DNA of 59,912 nucleotides, the filler included. It is 3 parts of 3 records of this genome, joined end to end, with 100 filler letters (N's around TTAATTAATTAA, not from the genome) between each part and the next. Parts side by side here need not be neighbours in the genome. Positions count along the whole stretch, not along the records: positions 39,772 to 59,912 come from SRR22947725_2455; 2 more parts are not named here. The stretch is one strand, 5' to 3'. Of the stretch, positions 56,858-59,912 are shown in pieces. Numbering within the stretch: position 1 is the first letter of the stretch; the number at the start of each line of letters is the position of its first letter. The translations under genes were made by a program, and so were the position numbers. The notes beneath the pieces were generated by a model. It made no database searches, was not told the origin of the DNA, and saw only the letters and a program-made list of their open reading frames with translations.

Positions 56858-58657
56858 CTAAGCATCAGCAGACGAAAATGATTCCGTGGGAGTTTCTTCC
56901 ACAAAACCATCTGCGTACCGAATTACCTCCTCAATACTGGTTAATCCGCGCTTAATTTGGTTCCAACCGCTTCCCTGTAATGTACTCATTCCTTCTGCCA
57001 ATGCGACCTCTCTTATGTCGGGCGCAGAGGCACTTTTAATTACCAAACTGTGAATTGGATCGCTCATTCTCATCAATTCAAATATCCCCACACGCCCACG
57101 ATAACCCAAATTTTGGCAATGTGGACAACCCACAGCCTGCATGATTTTGTCTTTATTTTTGATTTCAGACTCTTCCGCCTCAAGCAAGGCAAGGGATGCA
57201 ATCACTTCTCTTTCCGACTTAGTTGTTGGCTTGGCACATTCTTGACAAAGCCTCCGAACTAATCTTTGAGCAATTACCATCTCAACAGAAGAAGCAATAA
57301 GGAAAGGTTCTATCTCCATATCAATTAATCGAGTAATTGCACCGGGTGCATCGTTCGTATGAAGCGTACTCAGGACCAAATGACCAGTCAAAGAAGCACG
57401 GATTGCAATATCAGCAGTCTCGCGATCCCGAATCTCTCCGACCATAATAACATCCGGATCTTGCCTCAAAATCTCTCGTAATGCACTAGCGAATGTAAAA
57501 CCAATTTCAGAGTTTACTTGTGTCTGATTAATTCCCGCCACTTCATATTCAACTGGGTCTTCCACCGTCATAATTCGGCGTTCTGGTTTATGAATACGTC
57601 GAATAAAAGCAGTTAAAGAAGTTGATTTACCAGAACCTGTTGGTCCAGTAACTAAGACAATCCCATGTGGTTTTTCCAATACTCCCACAATATTTCGCTC
57701 ATCGTCATCCAAAAGTCCTAACTCTCGCATTGATAGTGGTTGCGACTTTTCATTTAACAGACGTAGACTGATACTTTCTCCATATAAAGTAGGTAAAGTG
57801 GATACCCGAATATCCAAATCACTCTGGCCTTGTGAAAAAGTTATACGACCACCCTGAGGTCTTCTTTTTTCGGAAATATTAATCCCGCTCATAATCTTGA
57901 TTCGAGAAATAATAGCGTCCTGAAAACTTCTCAAGTTATCCGGAACACGAACTGGCACCAATTGTCCGTCTATCCTGTAGCGTATTTGAAGAGTATCCTT
58001 ATGTGGTTCAAAATGAATATCAGTTGCTCGATCAACAATAGCTCGTTGGATAACCTCATTTACAAAGCGAATAATTGCGGCATTTTGATCCTCCAAATCA
58101 TCTTGGGAATCTTCATCGCTCTCATCCTCTAAATCACTTTCATCGAGGCTGTCTGCCCCGATTCCAAAATTTTCTGTAATCGCCCGAGAAATTTTTTCGG
58201 GGGAACCAAGACTCCACAATGGCTTTCTTCCAGAAACAGCAAATACCCATCTGCTCATAACCTCAGTCGGTGGCCAAGGAGTTACAAGGCAAAGTTTATC
58301 CTTGTTGTTTATCTCCGTGGGTAAGCAACAATAATTATGGATCAACCTCATGGGGAGGAGTTTCGTCGGGTTTTCCGGCATTTCAAAATCCTCATGATAA
58401 TCAAGATCAGTTTTCTTACCAATCTCGATCATTATTTCAGCCACTGGTCTCGAATACTTCGATGCAAGTAAGCGGGCACGATCCTCCTTGGGAGAACTTA
58501 GAATATTTAAACGATCGAGATCAGCCAATTCTGGCCACCAATCCATGTCCTCAAAAGTATGGTTAAAATCAAAAGCCATGTCCTGCTGTTCTTCCTCTTC
58601 AGCAGTTCCAGCTCCCCCCTCGCGGATACCTTCATCTTTTCCATTCTGATTGACCAT
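56858..58657 (-). CDS. Type II secretion/type IV pilus assembly ATPase (GspE/PilB)
   Basis: [45 protein letters not shown] and CxxC...CxxC motifs. Confidence 0.95.
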   Translation of the reverse strand: MVNQNGKDEGIREGGAGTAEEEEQQDMAFDFNHTFEDMDWWPELADLDRLNILSSPKEDRARLLASKYSRPVAEIMIEIGKKTDLDYHEDFEMPENPTKLLPMRLIHNYCCLPTEINNKDKLCLVTPWPPTEVMSRWVFAVSGRKPLWSLGSPEKISRAITENFGIGADSLDESDLEDESDEDSQDDLEDQNAAIIRFVNEVIQRAIVDRATDIHFEPHKDTLQIRYRIDGQLVPVRVPDNLRSFQDAIISRIKIMSGINISEKRRPQGGRITFSQGQSDLDIRVSTLPTLYGESISLRLLNEKSQPLSMRELGLLDDDERNIVGVLEKPHGIVLVTGPTGSGKSTSLTAFIRRIHKPERRIMTVEDPVEYEVAGINQTQVNSEIGFTFASALREILRQDPDVIMVGEIRDRETADIAIRASLTGHLVLSTLHTNDAPGAITRLIDMEIEPFLIASSVEMVIAQRLVRRLCQECAKPTTKSEREVIASLALLEAEESEIKNKDKIMQAVGCPHCQNLGYRGRVGIFELMRMSDPIHSLVIKSASAPDIREVALAEGMSTLQGSGWNQIKRGLTSIEEVIRYADGFVEETPTESFSSADA

Positions 58658-58661
58658 CTAA

Positions 58662-59189
58662 CTACTTTTTGGGCGGTGAATTCACACGTGCTGGTATAGT
58701 AATCGTACGAGGCCTCGCACCAGGCGAAGGAAGCCGAGGTGTAGTTACTACCCGTTGGGGCTTAGAAGGTTTCTTGACCGGTTGTCCACTCGGTACTGGA
58801 AGAACGCTCTTATTTGAATTCTTCAATGTTAGAGAAATTCCGCCTCTTAATTTCAATTCATCTGTCTCAGGATTAAACCCTTCAATCTCGACCTTCCCCT
58901 CATCAAAGCTTTCCCCAATTTTAAGCCACGCCCCCTTGTTAGTGCCTCGATTAAAAAGGCTGAAGTGCCATTCGTCCCGAAATTTAAAAATTCCCCGTAG
59001 TTCAATATTTGGATTAATTGATTTAGGAGCTGGTGGAGGGGGGGCGGGCCGAATAATAGGAGGAGGTTTGGGCTGCCTGGAACCGGGTCGCTCAAATGGA
59101 TTGATTTTCTGTCCATGCGAATTGGAATAGCAAAAACAGAAAAAACAAATCCCCAAGCAAAAGAAAGTTTTAAATTGAATGAACATCAT
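58662..59189 (-). CDS. Pro-rich exported protein, GspC/PilP-like (inferred)
   Basis: Signal peptide, NPF motif, Pro-rich linker and LRGI...W.K.GE beta domain; located between the secretin and the ATPase. Confidence 0.55.
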   Translation of the reverse strand: MMFIQFKTFFCLGICFFCFCYSNSHGQKINPFERPGSRQPKPPPIIRPAPPPPAPKSINPNIELRGIFKFRDEWHFSLFNRGTNKGAWLKIGESFDEGKVEIEGFNPETDELKLRGGISLTLKNSNKSVLPVPSGQPVKKPSKPQRVVTTPRLPSPGARPRTITIPARVNSPPKK

Positions 59190-59912
59190 TTAAAATGAAG
59201 GCTTGCTGGACTGCACATCTGGGGAAGATGTATTATTTTGTTGAATTCCTTCAATATTGGGCATACCCAAAATTCGACCCGATGGAGAGCGGAATTTGGG
59301 TGCGTATTCACTATCAATTCTCTCGTCAATGGATCTGATGTTTTTAAGTGTGTTATCTCGTCCGGGCTTCATTATTGTGGGCTTTAGAAAAATGAGCAAT
59401 TCGGTGGGTGTATATTTAATCGTTTGTGGTCGGAAAAACTTATCACCAAAATATGGAATATCACTTAACAGGTTATATTTAGATTCTGTTGAATCAACCT
59501 GTACCTCTTGCAGTCCACCCAAAACAATGATTTCTTCGTCTCTAATCGTCACAAAAGACTTCGCTTCTCGTATTTTTTTAGCCGGTAAAGACTGACCTTG
59601 ATAAGTATTACTCTGAGTTTCATCAAACTTTTCTGCCTTCACCTCTACTTCCATAAAAATAGAGCCCTTCGATATAATAGTTCCATTTTCATCAATTAAT
59701 GGAAGTCCTATTTTTGGCTTCTTAATTTCAAGTGATGTCTTCGCGGTAATTTTCTCCGCATTTCCGGTACTGCTGGTGCCATCCGTTGAAGTATTCCCGT
59801 AATAGGTTGGTATCACAATATTTCGTTCATCCTCGATCAAAATATGGACCTCTGGTGCATTATGAGAAACCATAAGCGAGGGCGTAGAAAAGATCCTTAC
59901 ATCATTACGTTC
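59190..59912 (-). CDS. Secretin (GspD/PilQ family), C-terminal part; 5' end beyond the window
   Basis: The frame stays open to the edge (ERNDVRIFSTPSLMVSHN); IVLGGL, L.DIP..G..F and TELLIFLKP motifs. Confidence 0.9.
   Translation of the reverse strand, partial: ERNDVRIFSTPSLMVSHNAPEVHILIEDERNIVIPTYYGNTSTDGTSSTGNAEKITAKTSLEIKKPKIGLPLIDENGTIISKGSIFMEVEVKAEKFDETQSNTYQGQSLPAKKIREAKSFVTIRDEEIIVLGGLQEVQVDSTESKYNLLSDIPYFGDKFFRPQTIKYTPTELLIFLKPTIMKPGRDNTLKNIRSIDERIDSEYAPKFRSPSGRILGMPNIEGIQQNNTSSPDVQSSKPSF

Noticed and set aside
83-59595. Numerous short or antisense ORFs in the track (e.g. 6047-6703, 11445-12137, 27641-28213, 42040-42570, 58669-59130)
   Set aside because: They overlap well-supported genes on the other strand or frame and show no motifs; they are shadow ORFs.
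1-59912. CRISPR array, cas genes, rRNA, tmRNA, RNase P RNA
   Set aside because: No regularly spaced direct repeats or recognisable signature sequences found by eye in any intergenic region.

Overview
This window is not one genome. It is three unrelated bacterial contigs joined by two artificial 100-nt spacers (N44-TTAATTAATTAA-N44 at 29492-29591 and 39672-39771). Contig A (1-29491) has medium GC by eye and PVC-superphylum-like gene content, probably Verrucomicrobia. It carries a truncated planctomycete cytochrome-c protein, three sulfatases, a YhdT/Na+:solute symporter pair, a tandem pair of uncharacterised GFO-like paralogs, a ribose-type ABC transporter, an orphan ParA, a PIG-L deacetylase, two Zn proteases and a deoxyhypusine-synthase-like enzyme. 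It ends with an H-NOX + HNOBA-PAS hybrid histidine kinase NO-sensing pair next to an IS5 remnant. Contig B (29592-39671) is a very AT-rich alphaproteobacterium with housekeeping genes: partial tRNA-Glu, recJ, hom, rpsI, rplM, trpD, trpC, moaC, moeA, lexA (with a GAAC-N7-GAAC SOS box) and partial gltX. Contig C (39772-59912) is Opitutae-like by inference. It has an unknown lipoprotein/coiled-coil/acidic-IDR operon, dtd, cysK, infA, tadA, Mn-SOD, a TIR-TM-TPR receptor-like protein, HAD, a GltP-type symporter, uvrB and a type II secretion/type IV pilus operon that includes a MORN-repeat lipoprotein. The best leads are the membrane-spanning TIR-TPR receptor, the soluble-guanylate-cyclase-like split NO sensor whose H-NOX appears to start at ATA, the Tat enzyme/pseudo-enzyme paralog pair, and the coiled-coil operon. 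No CRISPR array or rRNA was seen. All family calls are from motif recognition by eye; no searches were run.
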